Shown: positions 63,701 through 64,000 of the stretch, in pieces | How the letters are laid out: the number at the start of each line of letters is the position of its first letter | Position numbering within the stretch: position 1 is the first letter of the stretch | Origin: Eledone cirrhosa | Taxonomy: Eukaryota | Direction of reading: 5' to 3' | NCBI GenBank assembly: GCA_964016885.1 | Contig: OZ024763.1 | Location: 20,522,001-20,586,000, forward strand | Length of the DNA stretch: 64,000 nt | Translations under genes and position numbers: made by a program | The notes under the pieces: model-generated | What the model was told of the DNA's origin: nothing | The model's input: the letters and a program-made list of their open reading frames with translations, nothing else | Database searches by the model: none

Positions 63701-64000
63701 GTTGGACTGACGATCATAATGTCGTGGGTTTGATTCCTGGACTGGGTTGTGTGTTGTGTTCTTGAGCAAAACACTTCATTTCCCATTGCTCCAGTGGTAA
63801 AAGTGTTGGCCTGACGATCATAATGTCGTGGGTTTGACTCCTGGACTGGGTTGTGTGTTGTGTTCTTGAGCAAAACACTTCATTTCCCATTGCTCCAGTG
63901 GTAAAAGTGTTGGCCTGACGATCATAATGTCGTGGGTTTGACTCCTGGACTGGGTTGTGTGTTGTGTTCTTGAGCAAAACACTTCATTTCCCATTGCTCC
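57753..64000 (+). repeat. 104-bp satellite (~60 units, continues past the window) derived from a tRNA/CORE-like SINE head
   Basis: Unit CATTTCCCATTGCTCCAGTGGTAAAAGTGTTGG.CTGACGATCATAATGTCGTGGGTTTGA.TCCTGGACTGGGTTGTGTGTTGTGTTCTTGAGCAAAACACTT; period 104; colinear with the SINE B head. Confidence 0.95.

Noticed and set aside
57753-64000. CRISPR array, tRNA gene cluster, or a family of 87-aa proteins
   Set aside because: There are no unique spacers or cas genes, no complete cloverleaf or terminator, and the ORFs are by-products of the 104-bp period.

Overview
AT-rich, microsatellite-dense animal genomic DNA. The repeat landscape looks like a coleoid cephalopod (octopus-like); this is an inference. 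The only clear host gene is an SLC36/PAT-type amino acid transporter on the minus strand, seen as two coding exons at 8673-8853 and 7725-7815. Nearly everything else is mobile DNA. There is an intact Penelope-like retroelement (Naiad-type, RT plus GIY-YIG, 710 aa) with an inverted pseudo-LTR, and a second 5'-truncated Naiad-type copy. About 15 hammerhead ribozyme motifs from at least 5 sequence families are scattered through the window, including a family with a fixed non-canonical CAGAAGA core. Also present are RTE LINEs with a PHD finger inside the RT, their partner SINE, a second tRNA-SINE, and piggyBac/hAT/Tc1-mariner/Helentron-type non-autonomous elements. Many tandem arrays grew out of these elements; the largest is a >6 kb array of a 104-bp SINE head that keeps Pol III A/B boxes. 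A spliced SGNH-esterase gene remnant with 55-57 nt introns lies at 32598-33744 and is not recognisable from the ORF track. All structure calls were made by eye and boundaries are approximate.
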